The translations under genes were made by a program, and so were the position numbers. Positions 22,667-34,161 of a DNA stretch of 64,000 nucleotides are shown here, one piece after another. Location of the stretch: the NCBI RefSeq assembly GCF_006345805.1, contig NC_043006.1:97278001-97342000 (forward strand), given 5' to 3'. The stretch is from Octopus sinensis (Eukaryota). Position 1 is the first letter of the stretch; each line of letters begins with the position of its first letter. Under the pieces are notes generated by a model. The model ran no database searches and was not told the DNA's origin. It saw nothing but the letters and a program-made list of their open reading frames with translations.

Positions 22667-24775
22667 CAGTGGCGTGCGGTGACTTCAGGGGTTGGGCATG
22701 CAATGAATTTCTTTTCTTTGCCCCACCCCCACCCCCGCGGCAATTTTTCAGTAAAAAAATTTTCATATCCCTACAATTTACATATGGGAGATTCTGAATA
22801 TGCAACTCCCGTATGACCTAGAATAAAAAAAAAAACGTCGCCCTGGTACTATTTAAGAAGAGTGGTCCTGTTGCCCATGATTTTTAAATTGCTTGCAATA
22901 CTCATCAAATTTGTTGAAATTTGAAAGTTCCATGAATTTACATTCTTCTGAGAATGAATATCGTATTTTTATTTAGTTAACTATTGTACTGATGATTTTG
23001 TTATAAAGCATTTTATAATGTCGTTGGGGCTCAACAGATATATTCTTGGATCTATGAATTCCGATTCCTGCATCGACTCCATATTTTTTCCCTAACATAT
23101 AAAAGATTGAAAAATTATCAAGTTTGTTTTCGAGTACAGTTCTAGTTTATTCTATCTGCTCTTTACAATACACTATGTCATGACTTTTACTCTGGAGGAT
23201 GTTAAATAAGACGTCAGTAAAAGAAAAAATCTCACTGAATACTTCTAACAACAATAAGAAATCAGGAGCTTTTAAAGTGTGTAAGAATCCAATTGCTGAA
23301 TTTATGGTGGTATCATCCCATGCTTCAGGATTTTCAATGATGTGCTCAAAAAGGCTGATTATGAAATGATAATTTTCCTTTGTGGTAATAATGAGCCGTG
23401 AGGAGTAATTCCATTGCTGTTGCCTTCGGAAATCTTTTTTTTAACAATGCTATCTAATGCATTAGCCCTTTTCGGTGATTTCGTAAAAAATGTACTCAGT
23501 CTGTTTATTGTACAAAAAAATATCTTGCATTCTTTCATAGCAGAGCATGATTGTGAAAGAACTAAATTTAGGATATGGGCACAACAATGAATAAAGATCG
23601 CGCATTCATATTTCTTTCTTACTTTTGCCTGTAACCCATTTAGTTGTCCTGCCATTGTAGCGGCACCATCATGTCTGTGCAATCAATTTGTTTCCACATT
23701 CCCACATCTCAATGCGTTTAAAAACATGTTCAGATAAAGCATTTGCAGATCGATCTGCACTAACATCACTAAAACTGATAAATCGTTCTTTCGTCACACA
23801 GTCTTCTGTAACATAACGTAAAACTGTTGACAGTTGTGAATATGCTGAGGCATCTGATGTCTCATCAACAAAAATAGAAACAAACTTAGCTTGCTCGATT
23901 TCCTTTTGCATCTCATTCAACATAACTTTATGAATTGCATCGATCAAGTCATTTTGAATTCTGTTCGACAGACCGGTGAAGATAGAAGCTGTATCTAGAT
24001 GGCTTTCCATTTTTTGTCATATTTACTGATTACATATACAAGTTCTTTATAATTTCCACTATTATTAGAGCCTTCAGATTCAAAATGACCCCGAAACGAT
24101 AATTCCTGGAAGCCTAAAAAAATAACAACATCAATCAATCGTTGCAGAATGGATCTGTTTCGCCTGACTTTCTCATTATGATGTTGTATGCTTTGATTTT
24201 TACATGCATCTAATTGTAAGTCTATGTGAACATTCTCGAATATTTTAAGATCTATCAAAGATTTTATATTGCCTTTGAGAACGCTTGTGCTTTAACATAG
24301 CCATATGTAAATTATTTAATTCATCATAGCCTTGTGGGTATCATGCGGTCATCTCAAAGCATGACATGCCACTGAGAGAGAGAGGAAGGAGGGACAAACT
24401 AACAAAGAGACAGAGAGGGAAGTCATGCGGGTCTTCTCAAAGCATGACGAGCCACTAAGAGAGAGAGGAAGGGGGTAAAAATATTTCAAATGCCCTTATC
24501 CTCTTAGCATGTCTTTTAAACAAGTCACTAAGAGAGAGGCAGGACAAACTGAGACAGAGGGAGTGTCTGTCATGCGGGTTTTCTCAAAGCATGACTTCTC
24601 AAAGCAGAAGTACGAGTCACTGAGAGAGGAGAAGGGGAGACAATATATTTCCAAAACAACTGGACGGATTTTCTTTGAAACAAAGTAACTATTTTATCTA
24701 ATTTTCCGATGATATGGATAAAAAATCACAGGGCATGCAACACATACCTTGCATACCTGAGAGTGCACGCCCCTG
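22667..24775 (-). mobile_element. hAT transposon (Tip100-like), internally deleted
   Basis: TIRs CAGTGGCGTGC / CAGGGGCGTGC; perfect 8-bp TSD GTTGATGA (22659-22666, 24776-24783); LSFRGH, VDETSD, DGAATM, HCCAH in three frameshifted ORFs. Confidence 0.93.
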
Positions 24776-25494
24776 GTTGATGATGAACATGATTGTTTAC
24801 CACTTCTGAAATTGCAAAATGGTTTCTAGTGACACATCATAAAGGGGCCAAATTGTGCAGTAAGGTCCCAAACTCCTTAAAACATTCCTAATGTGCTTAG
24901 ATCCTATGATCGCTTGATGCCAGGCCTCTCTTAGCTATAAATATTGTCACAGTCCTTGGCATTGCACAGTAACTTCTATATAGTATTTTTTGTTTTTCCT
25001 TCTTGTTTTTCCAACTTCCTGTAATCACTGAATTCAGTTGTCTCAACTTTGGCCAGTATTTTCTTTAAACTCAGCCAATGCTGGATGATAGTATCCATCT
25101 GGTACATCATTGTCCTTACCATCACCTCCAACTACTTAACCATTGATATCTTTTCAAGGGAATTGTTCTTTGATTCTGACTTAGACCATGGTTTTGAAGA
25201 TTTCTTCCAGGAAGCCATCAACAAATGCAGGTGCATTTTTTTGTCTCGGAAAAGTTCATAAAACTACGATCAATTTTTGAAATTGTGTATTCGTGGAAAG
25301 CGAATAACTACGAAATGGCATCCGACGACTGAAATTTAGTCTCCTCCGGAATTGAAAGTAGGCTGTCTCCAGCTTAAACTACTGGAAATATCTTTGCTAA
25401 GTATTTATGTGCACACCTCTCAAGGTTACACAACGCACCTGTAGCCACAAGAGAAAACTCAATCAGTGACTAATTGTGACTGCAGTGCGCTAAA

Positions 25495-25660
25495 GGTTTG
25501 TCTTGGCTTTGCTTAATTGAGGAAAGATGTCTTTAAGCAACTTGACTGGCTGCCCCTAAAGTCTGTTGATTTCACAAAATCTTTGAAGATTCCAAGTTTA
25601 ATGTATAATGGTGGTAACGCAAATCAAGTGGAACTAGTTGTTGTTTAATGATATTCATCT
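25495..25660 (-). mobile_element. Chapaev3-like (CMC superfamily) transposase fragment
   Basis: LPPLYIKLGIFKDFVKS...IFPQLSKAK resembles the PPLHIKLG.MK.FVKA...FP.LS.AK motif. Family name from recall. Confidence 0.55.
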
Positions 25661-26654
25661 AGGAGTGGTTAAGCTGACCTCTGTTGAGTTCATTGCGGTG
25701 TGAGGTCATAGAAGTTTCAAGAGATAATAAGAGTCTGTGAAAACAGTTCCTGTCTGTATTCATAAGCCACCATACATAATCAGTGGCAGGTCATCCTTGT
25801 GCTATGCCTTCTTACCGTACGATACCCATAGACACGATCCAATGCCATCAGGAAACCACTGCATTCTGAAACATCTTATGCCTCTTGGAATTCTCCATTT
25901 TTCCTTCAGTTAGCTAGGTTGCAGTCCTAGCACTGCCAGGGTTAGACCTGTCTGCTTTGGGTGGCCCCTCCATGGACTCAGTCCTGGACAGCATAGCTCT
26001 AACATTCACTGGTTTAACCTTCCCACCAAAAGTGGAACTAGTGGTAAGTATGGAATACGGTTATTCCTTGGTCTCATGACCAACTGACCAATCCTGCTGA
26101 CCAGTGCCTATTTCCTACAGGCACAAGAAGTAGCAAAACTTCATGTAGCCATTTCACATTCTAGTTCAAAAAAGTCACCTGTCTTTTCACTTGATATCAT
26201 CATACCTGTTCAAGGAAAGTCACATCTTGATAGTGTTGTAGGAGTCTTTTGGCTTCCTTTGTCTTTTTCTCATCATTCTGTCTTTAGTTGTCAGGTTTGT
26301 GATAACTTAGTTAAGTTTCGGCCAATATAGCCCCAGGCAATGTCTAACGTAACAGCACCACTTGGTGAAGTCTTTTAGATCGTGATTCACGTCTCAGTCA
26401 TATATGAGATCTCTCCTCTCCAACATTGCTGTGAGTGCTACACCATTTGTGTGATCTGGAAAATATTTCATTAATATCACGCAAATGATGCTGGCATCAA
26501 TTTTAAAATCCACCCAAGACTTGGCCCCCCCCCCATGCTATCTGCCCACTACAAAAATTGAACTCAAGACAACTTTACAACACAGCTACTTTATCTCAAC
26601 TGGTCCAGCTTTCTTTAATAGCAAAATACATCAAAATGGAAACAGATCTTTTTA

Positions 26655-27990
26655 GGTGACCCCCGTAATCAATGCCTGTTATGCCATCTATTTTTATGTC
26701 ATCTTTTTTATTGACCTCTGGAGTTCTTCCACTTTCATAATGCTTTGCTTCATGCAGGGAGACCACAGTGGGCAACAGTATTCAAAGTGGGGTTGGGCAA
26801 AAGTAGAGTAGAGAAGGATGATGGTGCGAGCATCTCTGACAGGAGCACATCTTGTGAGCCAAGTCTACCTTGCTGTTTCTGTGGGAACTCTAGCTTAGAT
26901 TGTTATCAACAATTATTCCAAGGTCTCTGGTGTTGTTGGATGACACTAGGAAGTTGCCCGAGGGAAGGGCGTATGATAGATTCAGAGTATCCTCATTTCC
27001 AAAGTCGATCAAATTAAACTTATCTTCATTTAGAAGAATATTGTTCTTTTCTGCCCATTGGACAATGGCAAACAGATCCGACTGGAGGCATTTTCAGTCT
27101 CCCATACCATTTATGGCCTTCTGGAGCTTGGAATCATCTGCAAAGATTTTCAATGTAGAATGTTTGATGACGTCTACTATATCATTGATGTAGATAATGA
27201 AAAGGAGTGGGCCTACTGTGGTACCTTGTGGGACATCACTATTGACTTTGGCTGAGCTTGATCAGATTCCCTCAACCACAACATATTGGGTTCTGTTCGT
27301 CAGGAAACACTTTATGCATTGCAGCAGTTTTCCACAAACTTTCATGTTAGACAGTTTCTTCAGCAGGATTTTATGGTCCACTCTGTCAAATGCCTTGCTG
27401 AAATCAAGGTGTATGACATCAGTGTTGGAGCCTTCACCCAAAGCTTTTAAGATGTCAACAAAATGGTGCAGAAGCTGCAACAAGCATTCCCTACCATCAC
27501 GGAAACCATGCTGGCTGGGGTTCAAGCAGATTGTTGTCTTCGAGGAAGTGGGTTTTTCGCGATCTCACCACCCTCTCAAATACTTGAATGATATGAGAGA
27601 TGAGTGAAATCAGACGGTAGTTCACTGCAAGAGATTCGTTTCCCTTTTTTGAAAACTGAAACGACAGACTGGGAAAGGAAATGATCAGGAATATAGCCTG
27701 TGTCAAGTGAGTTCTTCCTGAGCTCAGAGGGCTTGCTATTTAATGTTGACATATCTTCAGGATAGGGGCTGGGAACCCATCGGGACCTACTGCCGAGTTG
27801 TGCTTGATCTTATTTATTTCTATTAGGATATCAGGAGCACCAAAAGTTATGTCAGATATAGTTAGTTGAGGGTTTATATCACTGATACCAGCTGGATCGA
27901 CCACATTCGGGTTACTGAAAATAGAGCAGTATTGTTTCTACAGTAGCTCGCACAGTGAGTTATGAATGTTATTCCATTCATGTTTTCCAT
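26655..27990 (-). mobile_element. CR1-group LINE RT fragment, closely related to 5125-8022
   Basis: NYRLISLISHIIQVFERVVR, QHGFRDGR, HLDFSKAFDRVDH; DNA visibly alignable to 5180-6460. Confidence 0.9.
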
Positions 27991-28307
27991 TGGTCTATTT
28001 AGTACTATGTGTATGGCCTCCATAATCTGAGTGTCATGCCTGTTCTATGTGTTGATAGTATCTTGACATCTGTGTTATTAATTGAGCAGGCAGAAAGGCA
28101 TACACACACATTACCGCAGAAAGGCGAAGGGGAACTTGGATGTTGTAACGGTTGCTGGAAAATTTTTGGGGCTGTTGCAAAAGTCCCATCCATAAACCAT
28201 GGTATTGTAGGTTAAATGTTAAAGTGCCTGCTTAGTTGCGAATATTACAATTCTCTCTGTCAATTCAGGTCCATTGTCATAAATGAGGAAATCCTGATAC
28301 TCTAGAG

Positions 28308-30654
28308 CAGTGTTTCCCAACCTTTTTTCCCGGCGCCCCACTTTTTCATAGCAAAAGTTTTTACGCCCCACCTTTTCCCATGTCCACTCACATTTACAAG
28401 TACATGTGGGCCTACTTACAATTGAAAAAAAATCAAAAATTAAAAAATTGTATTCAAAATACAAAAAAATAGTTTGAGAATTGAAACAACAGGCACTGAA
28501 AGTGCATAACACCCAATAAATCGATAAAATTATTACGATTTCTCATGTTTTTAAAAAATGTCAATTTATAAAGAATAAAGAAACACGTTTTTTCAGTTCA
28601 ATTATTTGACGGTCAGCTCGACTAATTTAGTGAGAACCCTGTGCCTGATGCATACAGCACAAGTTTTTAATTTGAGGAGACAACTTTGTTAATTTCAGTC
28701 GTAAATCGCCACGTTTTGTAATCTCAAGCCGGTTTCTCTTGGCTTCGAGCAAATTATCAACTGCACTAAAACCACATTCGACCAAATAAGACGAAGGGAA
28801 AGGAATCAGTAGCTCTCTTGCTGATGTAGAAATTTTAGGATATTTTCTTTCAACCTCGTCATATAGCCACATCTTTGTACCTTTCAATTTAAACAAAGTC
28901 TTCACTGATTCATCATGTTGTAATTCTGATAACTCTTCTTGGTATTGGATTGTAGCATCAGAAACGTTAATCAGAAGCGGTTGAGTTAACCAAGAACGAA
29001 AATTCATTGCCTTTAAATCGCAAAATCTGTCATTGAAATCCTTTATCAAGATATTTAAATGATCAATAATTACAATGCCAGCATCATTCGTTATTTCACA
29101 TTTACTCAACCAGTAAAGTTCACTGAAATTTCTTTTGGAAAATTTCTTTTCCATAATTCGAGAGCTGTAATAAATCCAAAAATCTTTGCTTTTGCATCAA
29201 TAAGTGTCATGTTTGCACCTTGAAGTTGTTTATTCAAGTTTCCAAGTTTCTCAAATATGTCTGTCAAATAACTGACAAATGCTTTTCCATCCGTTGTTGA
29301 CAGCAATTTCATTTCACATTTATCACTAAGAAAGTCGTTAATCTGATCAAATAATTCCATGAACCTCTTTAAGCAGTTTCCACTTGATAGCCATCTTACT
29401 TCTGTATGAAGCAATAATCGAACATGTTCGGCACTTTGATTTATACAAAACTGCTTAAAAAGACGTTCAGATTTAGAATTTCTTTTAATGCTGTTGACAC
29501 ACTTGATCACACTTTGAAGAATCTTGTTAAGAACAGGGGACAATTTCTTGGCAACCAAGTTTTCTCGGTGTATTACACAATGGACAGTCAACATGTTTGG
29601 ATTTTCATCCTTCATCATTTTTAAGCATCCCGTATTCTTGCCCATCATGGCAGGTGCACCGTCTGCCGCACATGCCAGTAAGTTTTCCTTTGGTATTTTG
29701 TTTGCATCCAAATAATGTTTGATTTTGATGTAAATATCATTTGCAGTTGTGGTGGTTTCAAACGATTCGCAGAACAGCATCTCTTCCTGAAACTCCTCGT
29801 GGTCAATATACCTCACATAAGTCAATAACAGAGCCTCACTGTCCTGGATTGTGGATTCATCCATTTGTAATGAAAACTTACGCAATTTTAATTTCTCAAT
29901 GAGCTGGCTTTCAACATTTTGCCCCATTTCATCTATTCTGTTCGAGACAGTGTTATTACTGAGTGGCATAGTCCTGATATCTCCATCATCTTTTTGTAAT
30001 ACAGTTTTTAAGAATATTGAGATAGCAGGTTTAATCAGTTGCTCTCCAATAGTGTGATTCTTTCCATGTTTTGCTATAAGCAAGGAGATTTCGTAGCTGG
30101 CTTCAAGGGCACGAGTATGAGGTGCTTGTTTTGCATGAAATAGTGAAGTGAGTTTTGTTCAGTTTTTAAATTTTTCTTTCAATGATTTGAAGTATTCCAA
30201 ATCTAAATTAGAATTATTAGGATGTCTTACCTTTAAGTGCGCTTCCAGCCTACCTGCCTTCATTGACTCATTGCTCATCGTCTGATTACATAATAAGCAA
30301 AACGGTTTACGCTCATCATGCTCATCAGGAATGAATCCAAACTTCAAAAACTCCACCGCGTATTGACGAGTCTTCTTCTTGTTTGGTTTGCTCATTTTCA
30401 ATAGGGCTAACAAAAGATATTAAAATTGAAAGGTACAGTATTGAAAGTCTCGGGAGATGACACAAATCCAAGAAAGCGGGATCTTCTTTGTCTCGCTGGG
30501 GTGCGAGAGTGTCCGATGTGGAGGCTTCAAAGGAAAGACGGAATCTAAGGTTGTGCCCGCGATGACCGCTCGTCATGTACAAATATTTTCACAGCCCACG
30601 TCTATGCCCCGCGCCCCACCTGAATTTTCTCAGGCCCCACCTTGGGAATCACTG
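28308..30654 (-). mobile_element. Full-length Buster/Charlie-type hAT transposon (2347 bp)
   Basis: TIRs CAGTGTTTCCCAA / CAGTGATTCCCAA; perfect TSD CTCTAGAG with central TA (28300-28307, 30655-30662). Confidence 0.95.
28627..30395 (-). pseudogene. Buster-type transposase (~590 codons), one nonsense codon and one frameshift
   Basis: BED finger CLLC...HLKVRH; MDEST, ADGAPAM, CVIH, RWLS, ECGFS. The TGA at 30159-30161 is in frame with ORF 29106-30083; frameshift near 29150. Confidence 0.92.
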
Positions 30655-31149
30655 CTCTAGAGATCTGTAGTTTTCCATTCACCACTAATTTGCTCCAGTT
30701 CTCATCGGTATTTTAGACTTTGGCAGTGCTCCTTTTTGTAGACGTCAAACATTACTCTTTGAAGGGTCATTTCTAAAAATGGCGTTGTTAACATATGGCA
30801 CCTACAATAATATTTACAGATCTGACAAAGCAACTGTTTTTATGGTGTTCTTTACTCTGGCTGTCTTAAACTTGTTAGAATCTGGGGTCAGAGTTCAAAA
30901 AGAGAAAAAATGTAATTGAGGGGCTTTTCTCCTATTTCACACTTTAACTTAGAGAGATTTGTCTAGATCCTGTTAATACCAGCTGGGGGTGGTTTTTGTT
31001 CTCCCCCTCTCCAGTGTGACATATCTGACATGTAACCTTCCAGTAGAGAATGCACAATTCTCAGCTTGATCTTTTTGGCATTGACTCTATGAAAAATTAA
31101 TGAATCATAGTTGCCATGACAATAAATATTTTCAATTTCTGCTGTGAGG

Positions 31150-31471
31150 ACAGTGGCTTAAAATTCATGCACTAAATATGCATAACTCTAAATGCTCCTG
31201 ACTTTATTATAAATTTTCTCAAATAACGAATGTGGTATTTATCATCAGCGTGCAAAACTATATCAAAAGTGCATTTTTTGAAAACTTTCAGATTAAAATT
31301 TGTGGTTGAAAGAAAAGGGGAAAAAAATACAAAATATCCTTGTGTATCAAAATGTTGACGTGATGGAGCAAAACTAACTTCATATTCAGAAAGCGCACCC
31401 TAAAATTAGCTAAAATCACCCTAATTATCTATTGATAAAGAACTTTTTTTTTGTTGTCATTCCTGCTAGTG
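31150..31471. mobile_element. Possible non-autonomous Chapaev-like terminal fragment
   Basis: CGTGATGGAGCAAAACTAACTTCATATTC...CACCCTAAAATTAG...AGTG resembles recalled Chapaev3 subterminal sequence; not verified. Confidence 0.3.
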
Positions 31472-32169
31472 ATGAAAGTTCATGTCTGTCCAAGAACAGT
31501 TTGCTGAAATTTATTTAAAAAAATTTTTTTTTTAAGTGAAATGAATTTTATTAGAACATTTTAAATAAGTCTGACAACTCTTTGCTTTCACTAACACTTT
31601 ATGTGGAGTGGAGCAGTGACAAAAAGGGTCTTCAGCATATCTGAAATGTGAAGGAAAAGATGAAGGATAATGAAACAGATAATGTATGTTGAATGTAATG
31701 TAATAAATGATAATAATGTGTGTTGTAATCCTCTATGCCCTCCTTGAATCTTTGGAGGGAAGCAAACGAAGACTGATATGTAGTAAATGGTTAAAGAAAA
31801 TGGGATAATTAATGTGAGAGACAGTTAATTAATATTGATTCTTTGTTGCCGGAATAGTGATTATGGAAGGCTGTCTGAATTTGATGTATTGTTGTATAAA
31901 AGGCATGAGCCCACGTATCTTGTCAGTATCACCTTTGCTGTTGTTCAAAGCTTGTTTGTCTGTATAATGATTTGAGCAAGTTGTATCCTATTCAAGACAA
32001 CCAAGCTGAACACTTTCAAGACTACGTTGTTCAGTTCTATTCTTCTTATAGCTGCTGCCTGCAACTTCTCATTTCTATTTCTTTTCTCGAGTATTTTAGT
32101 CATTGCTCGAAGTTTCCAACCTTCAGATGTTTTTTTTCTTTTTTTTTTTCAAACTTTCTCATGAGAAAG

Positions 32170-32655
32170 CCTCAATAATACTTTAGCAGTCACCTGCTTA
32201 TGTTTTTCTTTTTGCATTTCTCCTGCAATTCCATTCTTCAGTTGCTCAATGGCTTTTACTATTCCTTCAACAGATATTTCATTTTACCATCACTTCCGGC
32301 ACCTCCTGTGGTTCAGAAATTATCAGTGCATTTTCATCCAAACCCAGTCTTTTTGATCTCCTTGCCTGTAATCTCATTTATTATTGCATAAGCTATTCTA
32401 ATTCCTCTACAGCCTCTTACATAGAGTAATTTATCACTTGCATCAGTTTTCACTTCAAGAATTTTCTTTTATCTCTTCTTGAACACCTTTTCACCTCTGT
32501 GTTGAGACTCCCATAATTAGCTATTTCCCCTTTAAGGTCCAGCTTTTTCTCTTCCTAACTTTCAGTAATTGGTTTTTGTTCTTTTCATGTCTCAGTAACT
32601 TTCCATGATTCATCCAAAATCTATTTCCTTCTTTTTATCTCATTCTTGCACCATG
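32170..32655 (-). mobile_element. Old RTE-like LINE fragment (APE-RT linker)
   Basis: LNTEVKRCSRRDKRKFL, AYAIINEITGK and EISVEGIVKAIEQLKNG in broken frames. Confidence 0.55.
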
Positions 32656-32894
32656 TTTTTTTTTTTGTATGTGTATGTGTGTGTTCTGTTCTTTTTTAGG
32701 TTTCAATCATAGGACTGCTCATGCTGGAGCACCACCTTAATTTTTATATTTCTGACTTCTTAAGGTAGGCAGTTGAACATTTGAAGACCTCTACATATTA
32801 GACTGGTATAACAGTGTTTTTGCTCATGATTTCAAAGGTGGTATATTTGGAAGCTGACAGTCTACCAGTTCATGCATTCAATTCTCTGAGATTA

Positions 32895-32941
<47 letters not shown>

Positions 32942-33144
32942 AGTAGTTGAATGAATTATCTTATTAAAGATAATTCGAAAGATAACCGATACCTGGGTAG
33001 CAAATTCACATCAGAAAGAACACGGTTGAAGCTACGTCCCTAGGGCATAGACTACGTGTCTTCGTGCGGAAATTTGTATGTTTATTTTAAAATTATAAGT
33101 ATATGAAAGAATGGAGTTGAACGACTAGTTAACAAATATCCTCT

Positions 33145-33229
33145 ATTCTCGACATATGTTTCGAAGGCTGCATATTCCTAATTCCGAAGGAATAAGGAGT
33201 ACATTATGCAGATTTCTCATCAGGAAAAT
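33145..33229 (-). ncRNA. Type I hammerhead ribozyme (Penelope-type), intact core
   Basis: ATTTTC-CTGATGA-GAA..CTGCATA..C(TTCG)G..TATGCAG..TTC-GAAAC-ATAT-GTC-GAGAAT. Stems I and II pair; stem III is short and palindromic. Confidence 0.8.
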
Positions 33230-33833
33230 CAAGGAACTTATGTCGACATCAAAATGCACAAAAAACTTTTAGCTGACCGCTCTCAAGGAGCCCATGGCGA
33301 TAATGAGTGTCTCTTTATAAGGAGTGACGTCAGAGTGGCTGAATGTAGAAGAATCTAGAAGGTTCTAAAGGTTCAAGGGTTCAAACGAAGTAGGAGGAGG
33401 GAGGCATATGAATAGTAAGGTGAGAGAGTGCTTGAATATAGGCTCAGTATCTAGCTCTTTGCCAAGTTCATTAGCGTCCATCAAAGCTTCATCAAACCCA
33501 TTTTCCCTGTGTCTTTAACCAGTTACAAAGCTCTTGGAATGAAGTAAGCAACATCCATAGTGTCACTCTGGAATTCTTTACTCATATAATTTACTTGAAA
33601 AAGAAATCAGTGCCACAATTCTACTTGTTTTAGTGACAATGAAACGATTTATGAAAAATATTTTTGTGCAGGAATCGTTAGTTTGTCAACTGATGGATTA
33701 CAAGTTTCTAGAAACTTGATAATCTCTCGGTTGACTAACTAATGATTCAGCAGCTTGGTTCCGTACAGGTTTGACACTTTCTATTCTACATTCCCATCAT
33801 GTTTCAGAGAGAGGTTTTACAGAAAGACCTCTT

Positions 33834-34064
33834 CTCTTTTCTCTTTTACTTGTTTCAGTCATTTGACTGCGGCCATGCTGGAGCACCGCCTTTAATCGAG
33901 CAACTCGACCCCGGGACTTATTCTTTGTAAGCCCAGTACTTATTCTATCGGTCTCTTTTTTTTTTTTTTTTGCCAAACCGCTAAGTGACGGGGACGTAAA
34001 CACACCAGCATCGGTTGTCAAGCGATGCTAGGGGGACAAACATATACACACACACTTATATATA

Positions 34065-34097
<33 letters not shown>

Positions 34098-34161
34098 CGA
34101 CAGGCTTCTTTCAGTTTCCGTCTACCAAATCCACTCACAAGGCATTGGTCGGCCCGGGGCT
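33834..34161 (-). mobile_element. tRNA-derived SINE family A, body and tail (head displaced to 35397-35435)
   Basis: Matches the other family A copies in the window. Confidence 0.9.

Larger units (their letters stand above)
19797..25400 (-). mobile_element. Old hAT (ZMYM1-like) transposase relic split by later insertions
   Basis: Collinear pieces: IFIAKRGLA...AQFGPF (~24800-24950), SSTIYEEIV...KYFSISVDSTPD (22540-22666), GKLIERLL...CKCQSSENSSNISNHYTGMQ (21830-21658 and 20544-20515), NFCSALTHRW...FNTILDQI (20420-19900). Right edge approximate. Confidence 0.7.
28140..30890 (-). mobile_element. Mutator/MULE transposase relic interrupted by the hAT at 28308-30654
   Basis: ISGEWKTT (30665-30695) joins YQDFLIYDNGPELTERIVIFAT...FMDGTFATAPKIFQQ (28300-28150); DGTF..P..F.Q is the MULE first-Asp motif. 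Confidence 0.7.

Noticed and set aside
31830-31970. Possible piggyBac mid-region remnant (DKIRGLMPF...AFHNHY)
   Set aside because: Weak motif similarity only, so it was excluded from the strand tally.
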